Below are positions 38,568-48,584 of a stretch of 64,000 nucleotides of DNA, in pieces. Both the position numbers and the translations under genes were made by a program. The notes under the pieces were generated by a model, which saw only the letters and a program-made list of their open reading frames with translations, was not told the DNA's origin and ran no database searches. The stretch spans positions 142,187 to 206,186 of the forward strand of contig CAVRHU010000004.1 in NCBI GenBank assembly GCA_963721095.1, written 5' to 3'. The number at the start of each line of letters is the position of its first letter. Within the stretch, counting starts at the first letter, position 1. This stretch comes from an uncultured Gammaproteobacteria bacterium. Lineage in GTDB: Bacteria > Pseudomonadota > Gammaproteobacteria > Steroidobacterales > Steroidobacteraceae.

Positions 38568-39701
38568 TCACCCGATGAGACGACCGGGTCGAAAGAAGTC
38601 GATCGGCTTGTCGGTGGCCTTCGTCATTGCGAGGTCGGCGAGAATCTCTCCGAAGATACTCGCAAATTTGAAACCGTGACCTGAACACGGCGAGGCAAGA
38701 ACAATCTGGGAAGCGCTTGGGTGTAGACCCAATACGAAATGCTCGTCGCTGCTGCGAGTGTAGATGCATACATGTGTCTGCCGGACAGGGCCCGCAGCGG
38801 CCGGTGCGTACCTGCTCATCATGCGTGTGAGGTATGCCTTCTCATGGTCGGAAACATGAGGCCGAAGCTCATCCGCGGTCGCCAGTTCGCCGCCGGATCG
38901 ATGGGATGCGGCCTTGACGCCGCTGCCGCGAAAGTCAGGAAAGCCGTAGATGAGATCGTCCGGAGTCTGGAAGAAGAATACGGGCATGGACGCAGGCCGC
39001 ACCAAAGTCGGCTCGCTGGGTTCAAACCACATCAATGGCTGACGTGTCAGTTTCAACTTGCCACCAAGCTCGGGAACGAGTTCTTGAATCCACGGACCGA
39101 CAGCGACCACTGCGGAACGCGCGTCAATTGTCTCCCCGGACTCGAGATGAACTTCAACGTGGTCACCCACCGGCAGCACCCTCTCAACTCGCGTGCCCAA
39201 CGCAACGGTCGCACCGAGTTTGCTCGCCGACGTCACGAACAATTTGATGGCCTTCTCGGGCTGCAGAATGCCGGCGTCCGGCTGGAAGAGACACTTCCAA
39301 GCGGGTGGGATCGAAAAGGCGGGAAAGCGTTTGTTCACCTGCGCGGGGAGGAGAACCTCATGAGGAATATCGTGCTCTCGCGCCGAGCGCAGTGACCCCT
39401 CCACCAGTGCCGCCGCTTCGATCCCCGCTTCAAGTATTCCGGTGATCGTTAAAATATGCTCGCCTGTGAGGCTCTCCAGACGTTCCCAGGCCTTGTAGGC
39501 CAATCGCAATAAAGGGACATACACCGGGTCTTCGTAGTAAGCCATGCGTATTATCCGGCTCTCGCCGAACGAAGATCCGAGATGATGTCCCGGTTCAAAC
39601 CGATCAATCCCGATGACCTTGCAACCCCGCTGCGCAAGTGCATACAACGCGCTGCTGCCCATTGCGCCCAGCCCAACAACCACAACGTCATAATTACGCA
39701 T
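38568..39701 (-). CDS. FAD-dependent oxidoreductase (monomeric sarcosine / N-methyltryptophan oxidase-like)
   Basis: MRNYDVVVVGLGAMGSSALYALAQRG..IGIDRF..GHHLGSSFGESRIIRMAYYEDPVYVPL shows the GxGxxG dinucleotide fold and the SolA/MSOX-like N-terminus. Confidence 0.8.
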   Translation of the reverse strand: MRNYDVVVVGLGAMGSSALYALAQRGCKVIGIDRFEPGHHLGSSFGESRIIRMAYYEDPVYVPLLRLAYKAWERLESLTGEHILTITGILEAGIEAAALVEGSLRSAREHDIPHEVLLPAQVNKRFPAFSIPPAWKCLFQPDAGILQPEKAIKLFVTSASKLGATVALGTRVERVLPVGDHVEVHLESGETIDARSAVVAVGPWIQELVPELGGKLKLTRQPLMWFEPSEPTLVRPASMPVFFFQTPDDLIYGFPDFRGSGVKAASHRSGGELATADELRPHVSDHEKAYLTRMMSRYAPAAAGPVRQTHVCIYTRSSDEHFVLGLHPSASQIVLASPCSGHGFKFASIFGEILADLAMTKATDKPIDFFRPGRLIG

Positions 39702-39907
39702 CAGAGAATGATCCGAAAGCTGAAACCGATTGCATAAGTTACACCTGTTTGACCTGCGCGGCGGGCGCCCCAATCAGCAAGGAAAACCGCTGCATGGCCC
39801 CTCATTTACGCCCTCCGATTGTGCAACTCGCCAGCGTGCAGTGCAACGTTGACGTTTCACTGGAAAACGCTTACGTTTTACTACCGATTCTAAGGAAGGA
39901 GCCTAAT

Positions 39908-40315
39908 GTGGCCACGGTTCAAGTCCGCTACATCGTTGATAATGTAGACACGTCGATCGAGTTTTATACCAAGCAACTGGACTTTAAGCTCGAAATGCAT
40001 CCTGCCCCCGCCTTCGCTATGCTGTCACGCGGCGGTTTACGTCTGGTATTGAGCGCGCCAAATGCTGCGGGTGGCGGCGGCCAGTCCATGCCGGACGGCA
40101 CGAAACCGAAACCTGGTGGCTGGAATCGCTTCGCGATTGAAATCTTAGATCTCACCGAGCGGGTCGACGCGCTTCGCAAGGCCGGGGCCCACTTTCGCAA
40201 TGACATCGTTACCGGCGTCGGCGGTAAGCAGATCCTCCTTGAGGACCCATCCGGCAATCCCATCGAACTATTTCAGCCGCTCGTCGCGGAGGCGCGCCTC
40301 AAGCCCGACGCATGA
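39908..40315 (+). CDS. VOC (glyoxalase/bleomycin-resistance) family protein
   Basis: The GTG start lies 6 nt after AGGAG. ..VRYIVDNVDTSIEFYTKQLDF...ILLEDPSGNPIELFQP is the VOC pattern. Its stop overlaps the TetR start in ATGA. Confidence 0.75.
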   Translation: MATVQVRYIVDNVDTSIEFYTKQLDFKLEMHPAPAFAMLSRGGLRLVLSAPNAAGGGGQSMPDGTKPKPGGWNRFAIEILDLTERVDALRKAGAHFRNDIVTGVGGKQILLEDPSGNPIELFQPLVAEARLKPDA

Positions 40316-41001
40316 ATCGGCTGGAAGATCCTCGGATCGAGCACTCTCGTCGAAGGGTTCTTCGTGCCTCACTCGACGAACTGGCCGAAGCCGGCTACGG
40401 CGGGTTTACCATTGAATCGGTTGCCGCGCGTTCCGGCGTGGCCAAATCCACGATCTATCGGTACTGGCGAGATAAGCTCACCCTGATCGCTGATGCCTTT
40501 GAGACGTTTCATCAACAGCAGGCGCCCGACATCGCGACCGGTTCGCCGCGCGAGCGGCTGGAACGCATCCTGCAGCACGTGTCCGATATGGTTGCCAAAT
40601 CGATCTTCTCCGCCTGCATGCCGGCTCTTATCGACGGTGCCGAGCGCGATCCGCGCTTGAGGAGGTTTCATCATCGGTTTCAACGCGAAGCCCGCAAACC
40701 TCTCACGGCGGTCATCGCTGAAGGCGTCGCCGCAGGTGATTTCCCTGCCCACCTCAACTCCGAAATTGCCGCTTCGGCACTGCTCGGGCTTCTTTTCTAT
40801 CGGCGCTTGATGACCAGCGAGCCTTTTCGCCCAGAACGTGTCACAGAACTCTTGCAAGCGATTCTTGGGCCGAAGCTCACCCTGTCAAATCCTTCTCACT
40901 TGCGCCGCCGAAAAAAAGGAAACCTGCAGAAAGCCGCTGGTGGCAAGTCAGTTGCAGACCGTTTTGCGGCCAAAAGTCATCGCGCGGTGCCTCAGTCATA
41001 G
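40312..41001 (+). CDS. TetR/AcrR family transcriptional regulator
   Basis: The N-terminal HTH is ..FTIESVAARSGVAKSTIYRYWRDK. Confidence 0.9.
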   Translation: MNRLEDPRIEHSRRRVLRASLDELAEAGYGGFTIESVAARSGVAKSTIYRYWRDKLTLIADAFETFHQQQAPDIATGSPRERLERILQHVSDMVAKSIFSACMPALIDGAERDPRLRRFHHRFQREARKPLTAVIAEGVAAGDFPAHLNSEIAASALLGLLFYRRLMTSEPFRPERVTELLQAILGPKLTLSNPSHLRRRKKGNLQKAAGGKSVADRFAAKSHRAVPQS

Positions 41002-41092
41002 AGTCGAGTCAACGCCGGCAAGCCTCGAACGTTCCTGAACGAACAAGCTTTCATCAACGATCGGATCGCAACAAAATAGGTGGGTCCAAAAA

Positions 41093-42091
41093 ATGCGATG
41101 CAGTACGGTGCCTCGTGGTGTCTGGGTCTTGATGGTCTGCGCGGCTTCCGCCGCCGCAGCCGAGCCGGCTCAAAAGGAGATCTCGATCCCGCTGACCGTG
41201 CGGCAGCTTCCGCACGTCAACACCTATAAAGCGGACGTGAGCATCGGATTTGGCAATCTGCAGCGATTGCCCATCGCGTTTGATACCGGATCGACCGGAC
41301 TGCATGTGTTTGCCGCGGCCCGGCTCGATGCACCCGGCAGCGGCGTGGAGTGTACGGCGATACCGGTGAGTTTTACCGTTGGCAATCCAGGACGGGTGAC
41401 TTACAGCGGCGTGATCTGCAATGCCGTACTGCATTTCCTGGGCTTCACCACGCCCACGGCGGTGCCGGTCGCCTACCTAACATCAGCATCGTGCACACCC
41501 AACAACCCGGGCTGCAAACTTCCGAATTTGAACAGTCCGAAGGCGCACGGCGGCGTCTACGGCGTGTTCGGTGCGGGAATAACCGGACCGATGCCTGTGC
41601 CGAATCCGCTTCTCGGCATCTCGCAGTCTTACCGCATCGAACTGACCCGCGGCGGCGGAAGGTTGGTGCTAGCGGACACGGCAATATCCGATGCCGCGCA
41701 ATTTCCACTCTCGCCGGGTATGCGCACCGGTGTGAAATGGCAGATGGGGCAGGCGTGTCTTTTCGTCAACGGGGCGGCCACGGGGTCCTGTCTCGGAATT
41801 TCCTTCGACACGGGTAACGGTGTGCCTTGGATCCGCGACTCCGATCCGGCCGCCATTCCGCAGCAGAACGGGATCGTGACCCCCGGTACGCAGATTGGCT
41901 TCGCACCGCCGGGCGCGACACGAGCAGCCACCACTATCACCGCCGGCACCGCATTTGCGAACCGAATCAAAGTGCAGCCCACCAACAAAGCACCGCTCAC
42001 AAATAGCGGAATTGAGGCTTTTTTCGATCATGTCGTGGCCTATGACAATTTGAATGGCCGCATTTCGGTCTCCCCAAAACAGGACCACTAA
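41093..42091 (+). CDS. Exported protein with two D-T-G motifs (candidate bilobal pepsin-like aspartic protease)
   Basis: Signal peptide present. IAFDTGSTG has its Asp at 41282-41284 (residue 64). ISFDTGNG has its Asp at 41807-41809 (residue 239). The 175-aa spacing and about 310-aa mature size are pepsin-like. Confidence 0.5.
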   Translation: MRCSTVPRGVWVLMVCAASAAAAEPAQKEISIPLTVRQLPHVNTYKADVSIGFGNLQRLPIAFDTGSTGLHVFAAARLDAPGSGVECTAIPVSFTVGNPGRVTYSGVICNAVLHFLGFTTPTAVPVAYLTSASCTPNNPGCKLPNLNSPKAHGGVYGVFGAGITGPMPVPNPLLGISQSYRIELTRGGGRLVLADTAISDAAQFPLSPGMRTGVKWQMGQACLFVNGAATGSCLGISFDTGNGVPWIRDSDPAAIPQQNGIVTPGTQIGFAPPGATRAATTITAGTAFANRIKVQPTNKAPLTNSGIEAFFDHVVAYDNLNGRISVSPKQDH

Positions 42092-42158
42092 GCCGGCTTA
42101 GGCGGGCCTCTTCGTGCGTTCGCGGCCGAGACATCCGTGTCTCGGCCTTTGCCTCTTT

Positions 42159-44357
42159 CTAGGGAACGCTCGCTGCTTGCGCCGCCGCGATATACGCCTG
42201 CACATCCATCTCCAGCATCAAGCGTTCAGCCTGTAGCTGCTGTGCGGCCGTGGTGACTCGCTTCACATAGCTTGCGTGGTCCGGATAGCGTTCTTGGATC
42301 GATAAACGAGGATCCCCGGCTGCGACCCGCTGCGCTTGGGTCTCCGAGAACGGGATGCGTTGTCCCGACGCGTCGCACCCGTCGACCATCGGCACCGGAT
42401 CACCTGCGACCGGTGCCCGATATGCATACCCCGTGTAGGTCGCCAGCGGTACCGAAATATCCGGCAAGCGGATTCCGGCGATGTCGTTTCCATCGGCGTC
42501 GGCCTTGGGCACGAAGACCCGGTATGGAGTGCCCATCAGGACCGGGGGCTGAACGTCCAGGATCCCTTCGTGGAATCTGGGCCCAAAATCAAACAGATCA
42601 CCCGTGTGCAAGATGCCGTTGTAAAAGACACCGGGGATGTTCGGAAAACCCATGCCTGCCTGCGGCAAGGAAGGGACCAAAGTCCCACTGGCGCGCGTCG
42701 GTACCCGATTCTTTGGCGGCAGCCGTCCAGAACTTACCCATTCGTCCATGTCGACGGTGAGCGCGCGCAAGGTCGTGCTGGCAGTTAGTGGATTTTGCGG
42801 CTGGCGGCAGATTCCGGCCGCCGTGCCGGCGCCGTGCGGCACGCTGGCCAATTGATAGTAGCGAACATTGGGAGTCACATTTAGATCAAGATCATGGCCT
42901 TCCGTGTCCGTCGTGAGCATTGAGCCGCCCTTCGCGTAGTACTCATTCTCCGAGTTCAGCTCGAAGATCTTCGGGCAGGTGTCGGTCCTCAAGCACTCAT
43001 CCAGACGTCCCCGGTACTGACCCGTGGCAGGGTCATAGAGCGCCTGGTTCGCCCACGGAAACTGGAACTCCGGATACCAGCGAGCGATGTGCTGTCGCGA
43101 GGTACGGGTTGGCTGGGCGAAGCGGTAGTTCATGTACACGCCATCCCCGCCACCGATCCAATTGATCATCCCGTCGAACACCCGCTGGTCGCGCCGCCAG
43201 GAGCGGTCATCGCTCCTATCGTCCTTGCCCCGCGCGTGCGATAACTCCGCTTGATTGAATCCGAGCAGCAGGAAATCGTGGGTGGTGCGGCAAGGTTGGG
43301 ACACACACGTCGTGTAGATGGCTTGCACGTCGCCGGCCAACGGGTTGGCGACACCGCCATCGTCGGTCTTCGCGGCGCGCAGAAAGGTTGCAAAATCGCG
43401 CAGCGACGCAAAACCAAGCCCGGCAACCAGTGGATTTTTGGCGATGTACGTAAATTCATAAAGTGCGGTGGGACTGTAGGTACCAGGTCCCCCAAACACC
43501 AGGCCATTGGTTAGCTTGATTGCGGTCAAGGTCGGGTCGGTGTACTGCCATCCTGTCGCTGGGATCGCGATCGGTGTATCGCCGTAATTTTCGCGCACCG
43601 TGAGAGTTGCCTTGGATTGATCTGAGCTCGCCGCTGCATAGTGCAACGCCTCGGTGGCAGCCGTCGCCGTAAAGTCGATATCAAATTCCTCGGTCGAAGG
43701 ACCGGTGATGACCGCGCCATCGCGTTTGGTCGCCACCGGAAAGCTCACGCCGAAGGATGGCGAACTGGTGCTGCCGCTGGGCGTAACGGTGATGTCCCAT
43801 GCCGTGTCGACCACCGTAAACCCCTCGTTCATCAGAAACCCGTTACCCACGGTGAACTTCGCCGGAAGTCCCGAGGTGCACCACGATCTGTCGTTACCGG
43901 TACCGTTGTTGAACGTGCTCAGCGCGGTTGCGCCTCCCCGGTTCGGAAGGTCAAAGATGACACGGTGATTTCCTTGCGAAAGCTTGACCGGCCGAAGAAT
44001 CTGGAAGTCGGCCGAATAGCTCACCATCCCCTTGGCATTTCTCGGCGCATTCTTTATGTCGACGATCACTGCATTCTGCGGACTGGAAGGATCCACCTCA
44101 CCCGTAAAGGTGCCCTGAATGAGTTCGTACTGGCCCACCGAACCGAAGCTCGCGCCTCCAAAAGTCGGCGACTGCACGCAGGTGATGTTGATCTGGGTTA
44201 CGCCGGCATGCGAGCGCGAGGCCATGCCAAACGCCATGATGCCGAGGAGAAAAACTGAAAATAGTGCCGACCGGATGGGATGCCGATGTGGATTCGGAAG
44301 AACCAATTTGACTGTAACCTGACCGCCCCGCGGCAGGTGATTGAATAGCTGCCTCAT
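42159..44357 (-). CDS. Large exported protein, C-terminal half similar to the uncharacterised 'alpha/beta hydrolase domain' family
   Basis: The start was chosen at MRQLFNHL, with AGGAG 6 nt upstream. ..TTCVSQPCRTTHDFLLLGFNQ...RVFDGMINWIGGG...YRFAQPTRTSRQH resembles, from memory, ..GYSQSGRFLR.FLYLGFN...VFDG...RFAQP.R. Confidence 0.5.
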   Translation of the reverse strand: MRQLFNHLPRGGQVTVKLVLPNPHRHPIRSALFSVFLLGIMAFGMASRSHAGVTQINITCVQSPTFGGASFGSVGQYELIQGTFTGEVDPSSPQNAVIVDIKNAPRNAKGMVSYSADFQILRPVKLSQGNHRVIFDLPNRGGATALSTFNNGTGNDRSWCTSGLPAKFTVGNGFLMNEGFTVVDTAWDITVTPSGSTSSPSFGVSFPVATKRDGAVITGPSTEEFDIDFTATAATEALHYAAASSDQSKATLTVRENYGDTPIAIPATGWQYTDPTLTAIKLTNGLVFGGPGTYSPTALYEFTYIAKNPLVAGLGFASLRDFATFLRAAKTDDGGVANPLAGDVQAIYTTCVSQPCRTTHDFLLLGFNQAELSHARGKDDRSDDRSWRRDQRVFDGMINWIGGGDGVYMNYRFAQPTRTSRQHIARWYPEFQFPWANQALYDPATGQYRGRLDECLRTDTCPKIFELNSENEYYAKGGSMLTTDTEGHDLDLNVTPNVRYYQLASVPHGAGTAAGICRQPQNPLTASTTLRALTVDMDEWVSSGRLPPKNRVPTRASGTLVPSLPQAGMGFPNIPGVFYNGILHTGDLFDFGPRFHEGILDVQPPVLMGTPYRVFVPKADADGNDIAGIRLPDISVPLATYTGYAYRAPVAGDPVPMVDGCDASGQRIPFSETQAQRVAAGDPRLSIQERYPDHASYVKRVTTAAQQLQAERLMLEMDVQAYIAAAQAASVP

Positions 44358-44532
44358 TGCCGACTCCTGATACCTGTGGTGATGAGTTTTAATGAAACGT
44401 TGTTCCAGCGGATCGCCCGACATTGTGTATATCGGAATCGGGCGCCAAATGACGACAGCCCTCCATTTTTTCAGCAGGACGATGCCAGGGTCTATAATCG
44501 GACGCTTCTTTTTCACGCTGGCCAAACGATCA

Positions 44533-45702
44533 ATGAAAAACTCAAAACTCGCGCTCGCGCTTTGTTCTGCACTGTTTGCCCTGCCCGTCTCTGCCCAAGT
44601 CGCGCTAAAACCCGATACGCCCAGCCTCCTGTTCTGGACGCCCGAACAACAGAGCACCGGCTATCGAAGCATCGAAAAGATCTACAAGGTCACCACAGTC
44701 AAGCACGGTCCCCGGGTGCACCCGTTGCCCAAAGCCTCCAAACAGCTGTCACCGAGCTGGACGTATGCGGGTCGTCAATGGACGGTCGCCGACTATATGA
44801 GCGCGAATCGAACCTCCGGGGTCCTGGTCTTAAAGGACGGCAAGATCGTGTTGGAGCGCTATGGCCTCAACCGCACGCCCAAAGATCGCTGGACCTCTTT
44901 CTCGGTCGCCAAATCCTTGACCTCCACCCTCGTCGGCGCCGCCATTCAAGATGGCAAGATCAAGGGCCCGGATGCCCTGGTCACTGACTATGTGCCCGAG
45001 CTCAAAGGCTCAGCCTACGATGGCGTCACCGTAAAGGAATTGCTGATGATGAGCTCGGGGGTGAAGTGGAACGAGGATTACACGGATCCGAAGTCAGACG
45101 TGGCGCAGGCAGGCTTTACTGCCAGTGAGCCCGGAATGGATCCGTTGGTGAGTTACATGCGTCATTTGCCGCGCGCCGCCGAGCCGGGAACAAAGTGGCA
45201 TTACGATACAGGCGAGACGGACATGGTGGGCATCCTGGTGTCCAATGCCGTCGGCGAACCGCTCTCGCAATATCTTTCCGAGAAAGTCTGGATCCCCTAC
45301 GGCATGGAGCAGGATGCGGTGTGGATGGTGGACCCATCCGGAAAGCAAGAACGTGGGGGCTGCTGCATTTCGATGACGCTGCGCGACTACGGACGGGTCG
45401 GACAATTCATCTTGGACGGCGGTCAGGCTCAAGGTCGACAGATAGTCCCTTCCTGGTGGGTGCCGCAGGCCACCGCCAAAGAGATTGACAACGGTGCGGG
45501 TGGCTACGGCTATTTCTGGTGGATTCGGGAAAATGGTAGTTACGAAGCGGTCGGCATCTTCGGCCAATCGATCACCACGTTCAAGGACGATCGCTTGGTC
45601 ATTGTCATTAATTCAGCATGGCCGGCGGCCACCAGTCGCGAGTATGGTGCCGCCAGAACTGCGTTCGTCAACGCGTTGCACGAGGCAGCGAAAAACAGAT
45701 GA
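44533..45702 (+). CDS. Exported serine hydrolase (beta-lactamase / class C fold)
   Basis: The start is MKNSKLALALCSALFALPVSAQ. The SxxK motif lies in WTSFSVAKSLTS. Confidence 0.8.
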   Translation: MKNSKLALALCSALFALPVSAQVALKPDTPSLLFWTPEQQSTGYRSIEKIYKVTTVKHGPRVHPLPKASKQLSPSWTYAGRQWTVADYMSANRTSGVLVLKDGKIVLERYGLNRTPKDRWTSFSVAKSLTSTLVGAAIQDGKIKGPDALVTDYVPELKGSAYDGVTVKELLMMSSGVKWNEDYTDPKSDVAQAGFTASEPGMDPLVSYMRHLPRAAEPGTKWHYDTGETDMVGILVSNAVGEPLSQYLSEKVWIPYGMEQDAVWMVDPSGKQERGGCCISMTLRDYGRVGQFILDGGQAQGRQIVPSWWVPQATAKEIDNGAGGYGYFWWIRENGSYEAVGIFGQSITTFKDDRLVIVINSAWPAATSREYGAARTAFVNALHEAAKNR

Positions 45703-45703
45703 A

Positions 45704-47032
45704 TTACGGCGTTGATCCGGCCGCGCGCGCGGCAACAACGGCGTTATCCGCCTGCGCGCGTTCAAAATACCTGCCGAGGAGATAGGCGATCGGAAACCAG
45801 ACGGCCGAAATCACGACTCCGAAGACCGCGAGTCCGGCAACGCCATAGGGCAGCACGGCCGCGCTCAGCCAGGAGGAGGTCAGATCGCCGAAGCGGTAGA
45901 CGACCGTGTCAATGACATTCTTCGCCTTGTATTTGGCCTGCTGATCCACCGCCGTGAACAGCATGTCGCGACTCGGCTTGGCGATGGCATATTCGGCAAA
46001 GCGGCGCACCACCTGGATCGAGGCGAGCACGATGAGCACAGGCGAGAAGATTACCGCCAGGAACGCCACGACCATGATGAGCGGATTGAGCAGCAAGCCC
46101 GTCGTCACGCCGAATCGCCGCACGAAACGACCGGTCCCGAACAGTTGGATCAATACCGCGATGGAATTCGTTGCCAGGTCAATACTTGCGTAGGCTTGAG
46201 TGCGGGCGACACGCGAGACGAAAGCCTTGCTGATCAAATCGCCGAGCTGAAAATAGATTACGGTCGAGATCCAGGTCATGAGCAGCAGGAACAGCGCGAT
46301 CATCAATAGGTAGCGTGACCTGAACAGCAACAGGAAGCCGTCGAATGGATTGCCGCCGAGCCGGTGATCGAGCGAGGTCTTCTGCGCGTCCGAATCCACC
46401 GCCGCGAGTCGGCGCTTTTCTCTTTCCATGAGACGCACCAAGAACGCCGTAATAGCAAACCCGGCCGCCGAAATCAGCAGCAGATTGTTGGTACCCAGCG
46501 CCCGGACGAATAGCACGGTGAACGCAGGGGCGCAGATCGTGCCTACGGTGCCGCCCGCCGCAATAAAGCCAAACAAGCGTTTCGCTTGATCGCTGGAAAA
46601 GATGTCGGCCATCAGGCTCCAAAACACCGAGATCGTCAGTAGATTGAAAGTCGAGACCCAAATGTAGAAAGCCGCCGCGATCCAGTGATCATTGCTGACG
46701 GAGCGAAACAGGAAATAAAAGACGACCAGCGTAATGGCGATAAAGCCGTAGACCCAGGGGAGGAAACTCGCGAGGCGAATGCGGGAGGCAAGGCCGGCAA
46801 ATATCGGCGCGACGAGGAGGCTCAACAAAAACGTGCCGGTAAAGAGTTCCTGCAGATGCGCAACGCCGTAGACCGTGCCCATCGTGTCGCGCAAAGGACG
46901 CAGTATGAAATAACTGGTCATGAGCAGGAAAAAGTAGACGAACGCGGTAAGGGAAACCTGGATCTCGTGCTGCTCGACGCCGGCGATTTGCCGCAGCACT
47001 CGGGAAGGTCCGCTAGGAGTCATCATGGTCAT
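45704..47032 (-). CDS. MFS-type transporter resembling the Npt1/Npt2 (TLC) nucleotide transporter family
   Basis: 442 aa with about 12 TM segments. The N-terminus ..LTAFVYFFLLMTSYFILRPLRDTMG matches the ..Y.ILRPLRD.. signature recalled for this family. Confidence 0.55.
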   Translation of the reverse strand: MTMMTPSGPSRVLRQIAGVEQHEIQVSLTAFVYFFLLMTSYFILRPLRDTMGTVYGVAHLQELFTGTFLLSLLVAPIFAGLASRIRLASFLPWVYGFIAITLVVFYFLFRSVSNDHWIAAAFYIWVSTFNLLTISVFWSLMADIFSSDQAKRLFGFIAAGGTVGTICAPAFTVLFVRALGTNNLLLISAAGFAITAFLVRLMEREKRRLAAVDSDAQKTSLDHRLGGNPFDGFLLLFRSRYLLMIALFLLLMTWISTVIYFQLGDLISKAFVSRVARTQAYASIDLATNSIAVLIQLFGTGRFVRRFGVTTGLLLNPLIMVVAFLAVIFSPVLIVLASIQVVRRFAEYAIAKPSRDMLFTAVDQQAKYKAKNVIDTVVYRFGDLTSSWLSAAVLPYGVAGLAVFGVVISAVWFPIAYLLGRYFERAQADNAVVAARAAGSTP

Positions 47033-47041
47033 GATCTGGTC

Positions 47042-47977
47042 TCAACCGAGCGTCGCGACATACTCCGCCATGCGTACGCGCTCTTTGACATCCGGCAGCC
47101 GCCCGCGTCCTGCGCCGAGATTGTCGATCATGTGCTCGGGCTTGTCGGTACCTGGTATGGCAGCCGTCACGGCGGGATGCGAGAGAATGAATTTTAGAAA
47201 AAACTGGCCCCAGGTTGTGCAGTCGAAATCGGCCGCCCAACCCGGCAACCGGCTGCCCAAGGCCTTGCGAAAAAGCTTCCCACGTCCGAAGGGAAGTGCG
47301 ACCAGCACGCCGGCGCCGACGTCCGCGGCCGTCGGCAGAAGCCGCTCCTCGGCGTCGCGGTTATCAATCGCATAGTCGATCTCCAAAAAATCGGGCTTGC
47401 CCCGTTTGAGGATCGCTTCGGCGGCGGCATAAGCGCCTTTGTAGGTGGTAGTAATGCCCGTATAGCGACACAGGCCTTGTGCTTTCAGCGCATTCAGGCC
47501 GCCCATATCCTGGCCCGGGTCGCGCACATTGTGGAGCTGCAGTGCGTCGACTTTGTCGGTTTTCAGGCGCTGCAAAGACTCTCGTGCTTCGGCGGCCTCG
47601 CCACCCCGACGGTAGTCTTCAAGTTTGGTGGCGATGAAGACACGCGGGCGCAATTTTGTTTCGCTCAAAATGGCGCCAATGACGCTTTCGGCGTCGCCAT
47701 AGGAAGGTGCGGTGTCGACCACACTGCCTCCACCCGCCACGAGCGCGCGGATGACGTCGGTCGGACCAGTCCGCTCCTGGGCGCTGGTTCCCAGATTGAA
47801 GACGCCGGCCGTGCCGACGCCGATCACCGGCAGGGTTTCACCATGGCCGTGCGGAATGGGGCGCACCAAGATCGGCTTCTGCGCATCGACCGCTCTTGCC
47901 TTCGGCATCAAGAAGCTCGCACCCAATCCGCCGCATAAAATTAATGCGTCCCGTCGTGAAAGCTGATCGCCCTTCAT
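47042..47977 (-). CDS. Aldo/keto reductase with a Tat-type signal
   Basis: The start MKGDQLSRRDALILCGGLGASFLMPKARA carries a twin-arginine motif, with GAGGT upstream. AKR-like ..DTAPSYGDAE.. and ..ATK.. are present. Confidence 0.8.
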   Translation of the reverse strand: MKGDQLSRRDALILCGGLGASFLMPKARAVDAQKPILVRPIPHGHGETLPVIGVGTAGVFNLGTSAQERTGPTDVIRALVAGGGSVVDTAPSYGDAESVIGAILSETKLRPRVFIATKLEDYRRGGEAAEARESLQRLKTDKVDALQLHNVRDPGQDMGGLNALKAQGLCRYTGITTTYKGAYAAAEAILKRGKPDFLEIDYAIDNRDAEERLLPTAADVGAGVLVALPFGRGKLFRKALGSRLPGWAADFDCTTWGQFFLKFILSHPAVTAAIPGTDKPEHMIDNLGAGRGRLPDVKERVRMAEYVATLG

Positions 47978-48167
47978 GTGTACCTCGCGCTGAGCCACAC
48001 ATTGGCAGCATAGCATTCCCGGTTGCACGTGCCGTTGCGCCGCACGGGCCGCCTCCGCCCGGGTGGACGGTTCCTTCCACCGAGGCTTAATGCGCCCCAG
48101 CCTCGATCATTCAGTTTTGTCCTATTTCTCATAAGCTATTGATTTTTGTTATTATTGTTACCACCGG

Positions 48168-48196
48168 TTGACACCGGGCCTTGGCTCCCCAAGAAT
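48168..48196 (+). promoter_or_regulatory. Sigma70-type promoter of tRNA-Met
   Basis: TTGACA (48168-48173), a 17-nt spacer, then AAGAAT (48191-48196), followed by the GC-rich discriminator TCGCGCC. An AT-rich UP-like tract lies at 48130-48160. The mature tRNA 5' end is 12 nt downstream. Confidence 0.6.
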
Positions 48197-48207
48197 TCGC
48201 GCCTCTT

Positions 48208-48284
48208 GGTGAAGTAGCTCAGTTGGTTAGAGCACGGCATTCATAACGCCGGGGTCGAGGGTTCAACTCCCTCCTTCACCACCA
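48208..48284 (+). tRNA. tRNA-Met (anticodon CAT), elongator type, with encoded CCA
   Basis: Folded by hand. The 7-bp acceptor stem is GGTGAAG/CTTCACC. There is a 4-bp D stem, the anticodon loop TTCATAA, a 5-nt variable loop, a 5-bp T stem with a TTCAACT loop, and a discriminator A followed by CCA. The overall sequence is close to E. coli elongator tRNA-Met. A lysidine-modified tRNA-Ile2 cannot be excluded. Confidence 0.9.
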
Positions 48285-48298
48285 TCTCCTCGCCCGGA

Positions 48299-48583
48299 TC
48301 AACGCGGCAGCGGCATCTTGGATTGCTCGCTGACACTGTACTGTGCGTACCAATCCGGCCAATTTGCATCCTTCTGACCTGTTCGCTTCTCGTGTTCGCC
48401 ATGCGCCGCCTCGGCGCGGCGCAGGGCGGCCGCGAGTGGCGTCGCGGAGCTGAAGGTCGCGACTTCCGTGTCTATTCGGCCCGGCAATCGTGCGCTCACC
48501 TCCTGCAGCAGCCAGGTGTTACCGTCGGGATCGCAGAAGGAAACGAACGACGAATTACTGCGCCGCTGCGGATCGGGCCCACG
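48299..48583 (-). pseudogene. C-terminal fragment of a glyoxalase/VOC-family gene
   Basis: ..SFVSFCDPDGNTWLLQEVSARLPGRID...LAAALRRAEAAHGEHEKRTGQKDANWPDWYAQY... has no start codon or N-terminal half. The frame abuts the stop of the S10 peptidase gene. Confidence 0.6.
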
Positions 48584-48584
48584 C

